A stretch of DNA of 39,736 nt from a phage. The notes beneath the pieces were generated by a model. That model searched no databases. It was not told the DNA's origin and saw only the letters and a program-made list of their open reading frames with translations. Position 1 is the stretch's first letter. Each line of letters opens with the position of its first letter. Shown here piece after piece: positions 17,771-27,109 of this stretch. Made by a program: the position numbers and the translations under genes. Where the stretch lies: sequence record PZ379179.1. One strand, 5' to 3'.

Positions 17771-17995
17771 ATGTGTTTCAGTCCAAAGATTAGCACTCCG
17801 AAGCCTTCGGTCCAAGCACCTGAACCAGCACCTCTGAGTGAGGAAGTTGCGTCAGTTGACATCGGGGCCGAATCGGATGTGGACACCAACGAGACCAAAG
17901 GTATCAAAGACCTTAAGGTTAAGAAGGAGTCTGCACCTAAAGATAAATCGTCAGTGAGTCGCGCTATGCGAGCCTCTGGCGTAAACATGGGGTAA
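17771..17995 (+). CDS. gp6.7-like virion protein (74 aa)
   Basis: N-terminus MCFSPKISTPK matches recalled T7 gp6.7 (MCFSPKIKTPK); AGGAGGG RBS. Confidence 0.8.
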   Translation: MCFSPKISTPKPSVQAPEPAPLSEEVASVDIGAESDVDTNETKGIKDLKVKKESAPKDKSSVSRAMRASGVNMG

Positions 17996-17999
17996 GACA

Positions 18000-18422
18000 A
18001 TGCTACCATATCTCAACTCACGCGAAGGTCGCCACATGTGCGCCTGCCGCCTCTGGGAAGACGGGCAGTCTAACTTCAAGTCATTCGAGGACTTCAAGGC
18101 TCATACTTACCGTATGGCTGACGAGTTCGACGGTGAAGAATACACGATCTACGATGTCTCAGGTCAACCAGTAGCGTATCTCTACATGCTGGCTACCACA
18201 TCTTGGCACCGACCGACTCCCGGTCTTGACCTTTCAATCGTCGCTATTCGTCGTGACTCGCAGTCCTCCCGCAAGGTTCTTGAGACTGTCAGGTACATCA
18301 TAGACGAAGAGTGCAAGCGTTGGGGTCTTGGCTGGTATTCTCGTGTCAAGCATGTTTCCGGGTCGGTAGACATCGTAACAACCAAGTGCGTTAGCACGAA
18401 CAAGGAGATTAACCGTGGGTAA
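18000..18422 (+). CDS. gp7-like virion / host-range protein (140 aa)
   Basis: ATG ORF at the T7 gene 7 position; assigned by position and size only. Confidence 0.5.
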   Translation: MLPYLNSREGRHMCACRLWEDGQSNFKSFEDFKAHTYRMADEFDGEEYTIYDVSGQPVAYLYMLATTSWHRPTPGLDLSIVAIRRDSQSSRKVLETVRYIIDEECKRWGLGWYSRVKHVSGSVDIVTTKCVSTNKEINRG

Positions 18423-18663
18423 ATCAATCAGTAAGGCCTTCAGTAAAGTAGTAAAAGGTGCTTTAGGGACCGTTGGTCTTGGTTCTAACGATGCACCTAA
18501 GGTTGTTGAGGCTCAGACCCCAGCAGCGCCAGTGGAAGTACCGAACGACAAAGTGGAAGATGTGGATACCGAAGCGACTGCATCTGACGAGAAGAAAGTG
18601 AAGCGTTCCGGTAAGCGGAGCCTTCAGGTCTCTCGCACCTCTGGTGGCGGTATTTCTATATAG
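18415..18663 (+). CDS. gp7.3-like tail protein (82 aa), GTG start
   Basis: MGKSISKAF...RSGKRSLQVSRTSGGGISI resembles recalled T7 gp7.3 (MGKKVKKA...SLSVARSSGGGINI). GTG start with AAGGAGA 7 nt upstream. Confidence 0.75.
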   Translation: MGKSISKAFSKVVKGALGTVGLGSNDAPKVVEAQTPAAPVEVPNDKVEDVDTEATASDEKKVKRSGKRSLQVSRTSGGGISI

Positions 18664-18673
18664 GAGGTGACGG

Positions 18674-20242
18674 ATGGCTGAACGTGAAGGATTTGCTGCT
18701 GAAGGCGCGAAGTCAGTTTATGATAGACTGAAGAACGGTAGACAGCCATACGAGACACGCGCTCAGAACTGTGCTGCTGTCACTATCCCGTCACTGTTTC
18801 CTAAGGAGTCCGACAACTCGTCTACGGAATACGTGACGCCGTGGCAAGCTGTAGGTGCTCGCTGTTTGAACAACTTGGCTGCAAAGCTGATGTTGGCGTT
18901 ATTCCCTCAGTCACCGTGGATGCGACTGACAGTCTCCGAATATGAGGCTAAGACATTAAGTCAGGACTCAGAGGCTGCTGCTCGTGTTGACGAGGGGCTT
19001 GCTATGGTCGAGCGTGTGTTGATGGCCTACATGGAGACAAACAGTTTCCGTGTTCCATTGTTCGAAGCTCTGAAGCAGCTTATAGTCTCCGGTAACTGTC
19101 TGCTCTACATTCCAGAGCCTGAACAGGGAACCTACAGTCCTATGCGAATGTACCGCTTAGTGTCCTACGTTGTCCAACGTGATGCGTTCGGTAACATCTT
19201 GCAGATTGTGACTCTCGACAAGGTAGCGTTTAGTGCTCTACCGGAAGACGTGAAGTCTCAACTCAACGCAGACGACTATGAGCCTGACACCGAGCTTGAA
19301 GTGTATACGCACATATACCGTCATGACGACGAGTATCTGCGTTACGAGGAAGTGGAAGGCATTGAGGTGACAGGGACCGATGGTTCCTACCCGCTGACTG
19401 CATGTCCATACATCCCTGTACGAATGGTTCGACTGGATGGTGAAGACTACGGTCGTTCTTATTGCGAGGAGTATCTGGGGGACCTGAACTCGCTGGAGAC
19501 GATTACAGAAGCTATCACCAAAATGGCTAAGGTAGCCTCCAAGGTGGTGGGCCTCGTTAACCCGAACGGTATCACGCAACCTCGTCGTCTGAACAAGGCG
19601 GCTACAGGTGAGTTCGTGGCTGGTCGCGTTGAGGACATCAACTTCCTGCAACTGACGAAAGGTCAGGACTTTACGATTGCCAAGTCGGTGGCTGACGCTA
19701 TCGAGCAACGTTTAGGATGGGCCTTCCTTCTTAATAGTGCTGTTCAGCGTAATGCTGAGCGCGTGACTGCTGAAGAGATTCGTTATGTTGCTGGCGAACT
19801 GGAGGCGACCTTAGGTGGCGTGTACTCAGTGCAGTCACAAGAGCTTCAGTTACCTATAGTCCGTGTGCTGATGAACCAACTTCAGTCTGCTGGCATGATT
19901 CCTGACCTTCCGAAAGAAGCGGTAGAGCCTACTGTCTCCACTGGTCTGGAAGCTCTGGGCCGTGGTCAGGACTTAGAGAAGCTAACTCAGGCAGTCAACA
20001 TGATGACTGGGCTACAACCTCTGCAACAGGACCCAGACATTAACTTGCCGACCCTGAAGCTGCGACTGCTGAATGCCTTAGGTATTGACACTGCTGGTTT
20101 GCTGCTGACGCAAGACGAGAAGATTCAGCGCATGGCTGAGCAGTCGTCACAACAGGCAGTTGTCCAAGGTGCTAGTGCTGCTGGTGCTAACATGGGTGCT
20201 GCTGTAGGTCAGGGAGCTGGTGAGGACATGGCTCAAGCCTAA
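18674..20242 (+). CDS. Portal (head-to-tail connector) protein (T7 gene 8 homolog)
   Basis: 522 aa; ETRAQNCA...TIPSLFPK...TPWQAVGAR...LYRLVSYVVQRDAFGN...RMVRLDGEDYGRSY...ERVTAEEIRYVA collinear with T7 gp8. Confidence 0.96.
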   Translation: MAEREGFAAEGAKSVYDRLKNGRQPYETRAQNCAAVTIPSLFPKESDNSSTEYVTPWQAVGARCLNNLAAKLMLALFPQSPWMRLTVSEYEAKTLSQDSEAAARVDEGLAMVERVLMAYMETNSFRVPLFEALKQLIVSGNCLLYIPEPEQGTYSPMRMYRLVSYVVQRDAFGNILQIVTLDKVAFSALPEDVKSQLNADDYEPDTELEVYTHIYRHDDEYLRYEEVEGIEVTGTDGSYPLTACPYIPVRMVRLDGEDYGRSYCEEYLGDLNSLETITEAITKMAKVASKVVGLVNPNGITQPRRLNKAATGEFVAGRVEDINFLQLTKGQDFTIAKSVADAIEQRLGWAFLLNSAVQRNAERVTAEEIRYVAGELEATLGGVYSVQSQELQLPIVRVLMNQLQSAGMIPDLPKEAVEPTVSTGLEALGRGQDLEKLTQAVNMMTGLQPLQQDPDINLPTLKLRLLNALGIDTAGLLLTQDEKIQRMAEQSSQQAVVQGASAAGANMGAAVGQGAGEDMAQA

Positions 20243-20260
20243 ACTATCACTATAGGAACA
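20238..20260 (+). promoter_or_regulatory. Phage RNAP promoter (phi9-like)
   Basis: CCTAAACTATCACTATAGGAACA; the portal stop codon TAA is embedded in the promoter. Confidence 0.7.
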
Positions 20261-20336
20261 ACACCGTAAGTCCAACTCTAGGTGAGTCAACTAGACGAGG
20301 CAGGTGTTACCTATTAACTACCAAAGGAGAGACTTA

Positions 20337-21221
20337 ATGTCCCAATCAGTTTATGCCGAGTTCGGCGTTAGCTCTAATGCAATCACTGGTTCCGTTGAGG
20401 ACCTGAACGAACACCAGAAGTCTATGCTTGAACAGGACGTAGCGGTACGTGATGGCGACGACGCTATTACCTTCAAGCAACTGGAAGCCGAAAACGAAGA
20501 GGCTGCCGAAGAAGACGAGAACGTCGAAGAGACTGAAGGTGAAGAAGACCACGAGTCCGATGACGAAGAGTCTGAGACCGATGGTGAACAACCTGAGTTC
20601 GTCGAACTGGGTGATGCACCTAAAGAGCTGACCGAAAGTGTCACCGCTCTGGATGAAAACGAAGCTGCATTTGACGACATGGTGTCTTCTGCTGTAGAAG
20701 CTGGCAAGGTCACTGCTGATGAAATTACCGCTATCAAGGCTGAATACGCCAAGGACGGTAAGCTGTCTGACGCATCCTACGCTAAGTTGCAGGAAGCAGG
20801 TTACACCAAGCGCTTCGTAGATTCGTTTGTCCGTGGTCAGGAAGCTCTGGCTGAACAGTATGCCGCTGGTGTGGTTCGCTACGCTGGTGGTGCTGAACAG
20901 TTTAATCGCATCCTGTCACACCTTGAGTCCAACGACCCGTCAACTCGTGAAGCATTGGAAGCTGCCATCGTTCGTAAGGACATTGCGACTACCAAAGCTC
21001 TGCTGAATCTGGCTGGCAAGACTCTGGGTAAAGCTGTGGGTGTTAAACCTCAGCGTACCATCACCACTCAGGCTAAACCTGTGGTCGCACCTAAGGCTCC
21101 TCAGACCGAAGCATTCAGCTCCAAGGCTGACATGATTAAGGCTATGAGTGACCCGCGATACCTGCGTGACGCTAAATACACGATGGAAGTTCGCGCTAAG
21201 GTAGCTGCCTCAAGCCTGTAG
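20337..21221 (+). CDS. Capsid assembly (scaffolding) protein (T7 gene 9 homolog)
   Basis: 294 aa from the ATG at 20337 with AAGGAGAG RBS (the track ORF opens at GTG 20304); strongly acidic central region; lies between portal and capsid. Confidence 0.85.
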   Translation: MSQSVYAEFGVSSNAITGSVEDLNEHQKSMLEQDVAVRDGDDAITFKQLEAENEEAAEEDENVEETEGEEDHESDDEESETDGEQPEFVELGDAPKELTESVTALDENEAAFDDMVSSAVEAGKVTADEITAIKAEYAKDGKLSDASYAKLQEAGYTKRFVDSFVRGQEALAEQYAAGVVRYAGGAEQFNRILSHLESNDPSTREALEAAIVRKDIATTKALLNLAGKTLGKAVGVKPQRTITTQAKPVVAPKAPQTEAFSSKADMIKAMSDPRYLRDAKYTMEVRAKVAASSL

Positions 21222-21222
21222 G

Positions 21223-21245
21223 ACTAAACTATCACTATAGGGAGA
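21223..21245 (+). promoter_or_regulatory. Phage RNAP promoter (phi10-like, full consensus)
   Basis: CTAAACTATCACTATAGGGAGA, including the GGGAGA initiation region typical of strong late promoters; upstream of the capsid gene. Confidence 0.85.
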
Positions 21246-21347
21246 CCAAGAGAAAGACTCAAGGTTTCCCTATTACTTCAGTCCATACGGATTGGGCATA
21301 CAGTAAGTAATAAACTTTATCTTTCAATTGAATAGGAGAATTATCAT

Positions 21348-22397
21348 ATGGCAAACGTTCCGGGTCAGAAAGTTGGTACAGACCAAGGTAAAGGCAAATC
21401 TGGTTCCGACGCTCTGGCGTTGTTCCTGAAGGTCTTTGCTGGCGAAGTCCTGACAGCATTCACTCGCCGCTCTGTAACTGCTGACAAGCATATTGTCCGT
21501 ACCATTCAGAACGGTAAGTCTGCTCAGTTCCCGGTCATGGGTCGCACCTCTGGTGTGTATCTGGCTCCGGGTGAGCGACTGTCCGATAAGCGTAAAGGTA
21601 TCAAACATACCGAGAAAGTGATTACCATTGATGGTCTGCTGACTGCCGATGTGATGATTTTCGACATTGAAGACGCGATGAACCACTATGACGTGGCTGG
21701 CGAGTACTCCAACCAGTTGGGCGAAGCTCTGGCTATCGCTGCCGATGGTGCGGTACTGGCTGAGATGGCTATTCTGTGTAACCTACCGGCTGCATCTGAT
21801 GAAAACATCGCTGGTCTTGGCAAAGCGTCTGTGCTGAAAGTTGGTACTAAAGCAGACCTGAACACTCCGGCTAAGCTGGGTGAAGCAATCATCGGTCAAC
21901 TGACCATTGCTCGTGCGAAGCTGACATCCAACTACGTTCCTGCTGGCGACCGTTACTTCTACACCACACCGGACAACTACTCTGCAATCCTCGCGGCTCT
22001 GATGCCGAACGCTGCTAACTATGCTGCGCTGATTGACCCAGAGACTGGTAACATCCGTAACGTAATGGGCTTCGTGGTTGTTGAAGTTCCACACTTGACT
22101 CAGGGTGGTGCTGGGGAAACTCGTGGTGCCGATGGTATCACTATTGCGACTGGTCAGAAGCACGCCTTCCCAGCTACTGCTACTGGTGATGTTAAAGTTG
22201 CTCTGGACAACGTTGTGGGCCTGTTCTCTCACCGTTCTGCTGTAGGTACTGTTAAGCTGCGTGACTTGGCGCTGGAACGTGACCGCGACGTCGATGCTCA
22301 GGGCGACCTGATTGTTGGTAAGTACGCTATGGGCCACGGTGGTCTGCGTCCAGAAGCAGCAGGCGCACTGGTTTTCACAGCGGCGTCAGCGGGTTAA
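21348..22397 (+). CDS. Major capsid protein 10A
   Basis: 349 aa; LALFLKVF.GEVLTAF...SGKSAQFPV...HTEKVITIDGLLTADV...EDAMNHYDV...AILAALMPNAANYAALIDPE...RNVMGF.VVEVPHLT...RSAVGTVKLRDLALER...AMGHGGLRPEAAGA matches T7 gp10A. Confidence 0.97.
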   Translation: MANVPGQKVGTDQGKGKSGSDALALFLKVFAGEVLTAFTRRSVTADKHIVRTIQNGKSAQFPVMGRTSGVYLAPGERLSDKRKGIKHTEKVITIDGLLTADVMIFDIEDAMNHYDVAGEYSNQLGEALAIAADGAVLAEMAILCNLPAASDENIAGLGKASVLKVGTKADLNTPAKLGEAIIGQLTIARAKLTSNYVPAGDRYFYTTPDNYSAILAALMPNAANYAALIDPETGNIRNVMGFVVVEVPHLTQGGAGETRGADGITIATGQKHAFPATATGDVKVALDNVVGLFSHRSAVGTVKLRDLALERDRDVDAQGDLIVGKYAMGHGGLRPEAAGALVFTAASAG

Positions 22398-22660
22398 CGA
22401 CCTTTAAGGCCCTCTCTACAGAGGGTCCTACCTTAGAGACGTATAGTTCTACGGTGGGAACCAGCCTGAAGGTTGACTTCCCTGAGCTTTCAGATGTGAC
22501 CGATTGGTCGCTGCTTGAGGTGACTACGCCTGATGGTGTTAGCTACTCCCGTAGAACCAACAGTCTCTACTTCAAGGCCACCTCTGGCGTGGAAGGTCTG
22601 GTGATTGTTGGGTATGACGGTACGCCTGTGCGTTCCTTCAACGTATCTTTCACAAACTAA
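21348..22660 (+). CDS. Minor capsid protein 10B, predicted -1 ribosomal frameshift product
   Basis: Slippery G_GTT_TTC at 22370-22376 lies 7 codons before the 10A stop. The -1 frame is open from there to 22660 (about 94 extra residues), analogous to T7 10A/10B. Confidence 0.5.
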
Positions 22661-22664
22661 TTGA

Positions 22665-22703
22665 AACCCCTTGGGTGCCTTCGGGTGCTTGAGGGGTTTT
22701 TTG
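22665..22703 (+). terminator. Tphi-like late terminator
   Basis: AAACCCCTTGGGTGCCTTCGGGTGCTTGAGGGGTTTTTTG: GC-rich hairpin plus U-tract, closely resembling the T7 Tphi terminator downstream of gene 10. Confidence 0.85.
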
Positions 22704-22717
22704 CTTAAGGAGGGACT

Positions 22718-22807
22718 ATGGTCCTTATTTACACAGGGTTAGCACTATTCGTCTTATTCTGGGCGTACCTGCTGTCCAGCTCACCGTCTAGCGCCTATGA
22801 CCGTTAA
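22718..22807 (+). CDS. Small hydrophobic ORF (29 aa)
   Basis: ATG with AAGGAGGG RBS just after the terminator; MVLIYTGLALFVLFWAYLLSSSPSSAYDR is one predicted TM helix. Below the track size cut-off. Confidence 0.4.
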   Translation: MVLIYTGLALFVLFWAYLLSSSPSSAYDR

Positions 22808-22818
22808 GGAGTAAACCT

Positions 22819-23385
22819 ATGGCTCAATACATTCCACTGAATGCTAACGATGACTTAGATGCCATCAACGATATGTTAGCAGCTATCGGTGAACCAGCAG
22901 TCCTACAGCTTGACGAAGGTAACGCTGACGTCTCGAACGCTCAACGTATCCTGCATCGTGTCAATCGTCAGGTCCAAGCTAAAGGCTGGAACTTTAACAT
23001 CAACGAAGCTGCTGTCCTGACACCTGATGTCCAAGACAATAGGATTCGATTCCTGCCGTCTTACCTTCGGGTCATGACTGCTGGTGCTACCAGTTACTAC
23101 AGCAACATGGGGGGCTATCTCTATGACCTCTCCACTCAGTCCACGACCTTCACTGGACCAATTACAGTCGAACTGGTGGAGATGAAACCGTTCGCTGAGA
23201 TGCCTGTAGTATTCCGTGACTACATCGTTACCAAGGCTAGCCGTGAGTTCAACGCTAAGTTCTTCGGTAGCCCAGAGTCTGAACTGTACCTTCGTGAGCA
23301 GGAAGCAGAACTCTACCAGCAGGTGATGGAGTACGAGATGGACACTGGTCGCTACAACATGATGTCCGACATCGGGAGGGACTAA
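22819..23385 (+). CDS. Tail tubular protein A (T7 gene 11 homolog)
   Basis: 188 aa; AINDMLAAIGEP, RILHRVNRQVQAKGWNFN and IVTKASREFNAKFFG match T7 gp11 motifs. Confidence 0.93.
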   Translation: MAQYIPLNANDDLDAINDMLAAIGEPAVLQLDEGNADVSNAQRILHRVNRQVQAKGWNFNINEAAVLTPDVQDNRIRFLPSYLRVMTAGATSYYSNMGGYLYDLSTQSTTFTGPITVELVEMKPFAEMPVVFRDYIVTKASREFNAKFFGSPESELYLREQEAELYQQVMEYEMDTGRYNMMSDIGRD

Positions 23386-23612
23386 TGGCTAGTCACAACC
23401 TGAAGATTCACCGCCAGCACTTTGGTCCGGTACAACTAGGTCTAAAGACAGCAGAGCTGAGACTTAACGACCGGGACTTTAAGGTTGGCGACTGGCTTAT
23501 CCTGAATGAGTGGGACAACGGGTATACTGGACAACAGGTAGCACGTAAGGTTGTCCACATTGCTGACGTTGGTGACATCGCTGAGGGATACGTCCTAATG
23601 AGTATGATTTAA
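23385..23612 (+). CDS. ASCH / DUF3850-like (PUA-fold) small protein inserted between tail genes 11 and 12
   Basis: 75 aa; start overlaps the gp11 stop. LKIHRQHFGPVQLGLKTAELRLNDRDFKVGDWLILNEW fits the DUF3850/ASCH pattern as I recall it (ELKIWPEYF...GRKTFE.RKNDRDYKVGD.L.L.E). Confidence 0.6.
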   Translation: MASHNLKIHRQHFGPVQLGLKTAELRLNDRDFKVGDWLILNEWDNGYTGQQVARKVVHIADVGDIAEGYVLMSMI

Positions 23613-23621
23613 GGAGGGCCT

Positions 23622-25979
23622 ATGCCACTAATTACTCAATCAATCAAGAACCTTAAAGGTGGCATTAGCCAGCAGCCAGACATCCTGAGGTTCTCGGACC
23701 AAGGAGAGGAACAGGTAAACTGCTGGTCATCAGAGAGTGATGGCCTACAGAAGCGTCCACCTACAGTCTTCAAGAGACGTCTTAACATCGACGTTGGGAG
23801 CAACCCTAAGTTCCACCTGATTAACCGTGACGAGCATGAGCAGTATTACATCGTGTTCAACGGGTCAAACATTCAGGTAGTTGACTTGAGTGGTAATCAA
23901 TACTCAGTTTCCGGTGCGGTAGATTACGTTAAGTCGTCCAACCCGCGAGATGACATCCGTGTCGTTACTGTTGCAGACTATACGTTCATCGTGAACCGTA
24001 AGGTTGTCGTTAAAGGTGGAAGCGAGAAGTCACACTCTGGTTATAACCGCAAAGCACGAGCTTTAATTAACCTGCGTGGCGGACAGTATGGTCGAACCCT
24101 TAAGGTGGGAATCAACGGTGGCGTTAAGGTCTCGCATAAGCTACCAGCAGGTAATGATGCCGAGAATGACCCACCTAAGGTGGACGCTCAAGCCATCGGT
24201 GCAGCTCTGAGAGACCTTCTTGTTGCTGCTTACCCTACCTTCACGTTCGACCTTGGGTCTGGATTCCTGTTAATCACTGCCCCTTCAGGGACTGACATTA
24301 ACTCAGTGGAGACGGAGGATGGCTATGCTAACCAGCTAATCAGCCCAGTACTCGACACGGTGCAAACAATCTCTAAGTTGCCTCTTGCAGCTCCAAATGG
24401 GTACATCATTAAGATTCAAGGTGAGACCAACAGTAGCGCCGATGAATATTACGTGATGTATGACTCCAACACTAAGACGTGGAAGGAGACAGTAGAGCCG
24501 GGAGTGGTCACTGGGTTCGATAACACCACAATGCCTCATGCTCTGGTGAGACAATCTGACGGCTCCTTTGAGTTCAAGACTCTGGACTGGTCTAATCGTG
24601 GTGCTGGTAATGATGACACAAACCCTATGCCTAGCTTCGTGGATGCTACGATTAACGATGTGTTCTTCTACAGGAATAGGCTGGGGTTCTTGTCAGGCGA
24701 GAACGTAATCATGAGCCGTTCAGCCAGCTACTTTGCGTTCTTCCCTAAGAGTGTGGCTACACTGAGTGATGATGATCCTATTGACGTAGCTGTAAGTCAT
24801 CCTAGAATCTCAATCCTTAAGTATGCCGTTCCGTTTAGCGAGCAGCTACTACTTTGGTCGGATGAGGTGCAGTTCGTGATGACAAGCTCTGGGGTCCTTA
24901 CCTCGAAGTCTATCCAGCTTGATGTAGGCTCAGAGTTTGCTTTAGGAGATAATGCCAGACCGTTCGCTGTAGGACGCTCAGTCTTCTTCTCAGCGCCTCG
25001 TGGGTCATTCACCAGCATTAAGCGATACTTCGCTGTAGCAGATGTGTCTGACGTGAAGGATGCTGATGATACCACTGGACACGTACTATCCTATATCCCT
25101 AACGGGGTGTTTGACATTCAAGGTACAGGGACTGAGAACTACATCTGCGTCAACTCTACAGGTGCATACAACCGAATCTACATCTACAAGTTCTTGTTTA
25201 AGGACGGCGTACAGCTTCAAGCCTCTTGGTCGCACTGGGAGTTCTCTAAATCTGATAAGATTCTGGCGTCTGCGTCGATTGGCTCTACCATGTTCATTGT
25301 TCGTCAGCACCAAGGCGGAGTGGACCTTGAGCACCTTAAGTTCATCAAGGAGGCAACCGACTTTCCGTTAGAGCCATATAGACTCCACGTTGACTCCAAG
25401 GTGTCTATGGTAATACCAATTGGCTCATACAACGCTGACACCTATAAGACTACGGTTGACATTGGTTCTGCTTATGGTGGAAACGCTCCGTCTCCCGGTA
25501 GGTACTATCTGATTGACAGTCAGGGTGCCTACGTGGACCTTGGTGAATTGACCAGCATCTCAACTGTGTCTGTACTCAATGGCGATTGGTCAGGACGTAC
25601 AGTGTTCATCGGACGGTCTTATCTGATGTCCTACAAGTTCTCACGGTTCCTGATTAAGATTGAAGACGAGAGTGGCACTCAGTCTGAAGACACTGGTCGT
25701 CTACAGCTTCGTCGTGCTTGGGTAAACTACAAGGACACTGGCGCTCTGAGACTCATTGTCAGAAACGGTGAGCGGGAGTTCGTGAACACCTTTAATGGGT
25801 ACACCCTTGGTCAGCAAACCATAGGGACTACCAACATTGGGGATGGTCAGTATCGATTCGCTATGAATGGCAACGCATTAACCACGAGTCTAACCTTAGA
25901 GTCCGACTATCCTACCCCAGTGTCCATCGTTGGGTGTGGCTGGGAGGCGTCATACGCTAAGAAAGCTCGTTCCGTTTAA
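23622..25979 (+). CDS. Tail tubular protein B (T7 gene 12 homolog)
   Basis: 785 aa ORF with TAAGGAGGG RBS, at the T7 gene 12 position and of matching size. Confidence 0.9.
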   Translation: MPLITQSIKNLKGGISQQPDILRFSDQGEEQVNCWSSESDGLQKRPPTVFKRRLNIDVGSNPKFHLINRDEHEQYYIVFNGSNIQVVDLSGNQYSVSGAVDYVKSSNPRDDIRVVTVADYTFIVNRKVVVKGGSEKSHSGYNRKARALINLRGGQYGRTLKVGINGGVKVSHKLPAGNDAENDPPKVDAQAIGAALRDLLVAAYPTFTFDLGSGFLLITAPSGTDINSVETEDGYANQLISPVLDTVQTISKLPLAAPNGYIIKIQGETNSSADEYYVMYDSNTKTWKETVEPGVVTGFDNTTMPHALVRQSDGSFEFKTLDWSNRGAGNDDTNPMPSFVDATINDVFFYRNRLGFLSGENVIMSRSASYFAFFPKSVATLSDDDPIDVAVSHPRISILKYAVPFSEQLLLWSDEVQFVMTSSGVLTSKSIQLDVGSEFALGDNARPFAVGRSVFFSAPRGSFTSIKRYFAVADVSDVKDADDTTGHVLSYIPNGVFDIQGTGTENYICVNSTGAYNRIYIYKFLFKDGVQLQASWSHWEFSKSDKILASASIGSTMFIVRQHQGGVDLEHLKFIKEATDFPLEPYRLHVDSKVSMVIPIGSYNADTYKTTVDIGSAYGGNAPSPGRYYLIDSQGAYVDLGELTSISTVSVLNGDWSGRTVFIGRSYLMSYKFSRFLIKIEDESGTQSEDTGRLQLRRAWVNYKDTGALRLIVRNGEREFVNTFNGYTLGQQTIGTTNIGDGQYRFAMNGNALTTSLTLESDYPTPVSIVGCGWEASYAKKARSV

Positions 25980-26003
25980 CTTATTGAAGGGCCTATAGAT
26001 TTA

Positions 26004-26026
26004 CCTTAACTATCACTATAGGGACT
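26004..26026 (+). promoter_or_regulatory. Phage RNAP promoter (phi13-like)
   Basis: CTTAACTATCACTATAGGGACT; predicted +1 G at 26021. Confidence 0.75.
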
Positions 26027-26055
26027 ATAGGCCCTTAAGGTTATAAGGAGACTTT

Positions 26056-26526
26056 ATGTATATTCGCAAGGCTACGGAACAGGATGTCCGCTACTTTCTG
26101 TGGCATCTTTCAGTAGATGACGTTAAGGAATGCAAAGCAAACTACGGGTCAACCGTGGGTCTCTCTGAAAGACTGCTTACGCATCTAACTCCGTCATCTG
26201 TGGTTTTAACTAACTGTGTAGGAGAAGTGTTTGCCTATGGTGGGAACCAAGGTGATAACGTGTGGTTCCTGACTTCCGGTCTTGTCCATAAGCTGAGACC
26301 TAAAGAGAAGAGAGAGTTCATTCAGCGCATCTCTGAGTACAGGGACTTAATGTTAGACCAATACGGGACCATCTGGAACTACGTGTGGTCAGGCAATAAG
26401 TCTCACATTAAATTCTTGAAGTTGCTTGGGGCTAAGTTCCATGATGATTGGACTATCAGCCCGGTAACTGGTGAGCATTTTCAATTATTCACTATCTCTA
26501 AGGAGGACGTATGTGTGAACCCGTAA
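26056..26526 (+). CDS. Internal virion protein A (gp13-like)
   Basis: 156 aa, AAGGAG RBS; precedes gp14 as in T7. Confidence 0.6.
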   Translation: MYIRKATEQDVRYFLWHLSVDDVKECKANYGSTVGLSERLLTHLTPSSVVLTNCVGEVFAYGGNQGDNVWFLTSGLVHKLRPKEKREFIQRISEYRDLMLDQYGTIWNYVWSGNKSHIKFLKLLGAKFHDDWTISPVTGEHFQLFTISKEDVCVNP

Positions 26527-27098
26527 GTATCGGCATGGGTATCATGGCTGTAGCCGGGGCCACTATGTCCGCATCCCAGCAGGCAAAGGCCGAAGGTGCA
26601 GCAATTGACGCTCAGAACCGACAGGCTCAGGAAATGGTTAAGCAGATGAACTACTCTGACGCCAACCTGAGAATGCAGGAGCGAGACCTGAAGGAGCAGC
26701 AGATGGCTGAACTGACAGAGACCACGCTCAACGGTATTCGCAATCAGGGTATGGTACGAGCTGCGGTGGCTGAGTCCGGTCTGGAAGGTAACTCTATGGA
26801 CAGGATTGAACGTCAGGTCGCAGGAGATACAGTCAAGGAGCGAGCAGGGATTACCGAAAGTTACAACCGAGACTATGCGGCTATCTTCGGGAACCGTATC
26901 GCCAACATTGAGAACACCAAGTCTGCTATCCGTGGTCAGGGTAAAATCATCAAGACCAGCCCACTGGCTCATGCACTTAATGTTGCTACCGCCGGGATGC
27001 AAGGTTACGCCGCTGGTAAGTCAATCTCTGGAGCGTCCAGCTCTGGCGGTGCTGCACCAATTAGTGCTGCTAAAGGTACACCTACAGGTCATAGCTAA
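26511..27098 (+). CDS. Internal virion (core) protein B (T7 gp14 homolog)
   Basis: 195 aa; NSMDRIERQVAGDTVKERAGITESYNRDYAAIFGN...ISAAKGTPTG resembles T7 gp14 (SSMDRIKRVTEGQFIREANMVTENYRRDYQAIFAQ...VAAKGTKTG). Confidence 0.85.
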   Translation: MCEPVSIGMGIMAVAGATMSASQQAKAEGAAIDAQNRQAQEMVKQMNYSDANLRMQERDLKEQQMAELTETTLNGIRNQGMVRAAVAESGLEGNSMDRIERQVAGDTVKERAGITESYNRDYAAIFGNRIANIENTKSAIRGQGKIIKTSPLAHALNVATAGMQGYAAGKSISGASSSGGAAPISAAKGTPTGHS

Positions 27099-27109
27099 GA
27101 GGAGGACTA

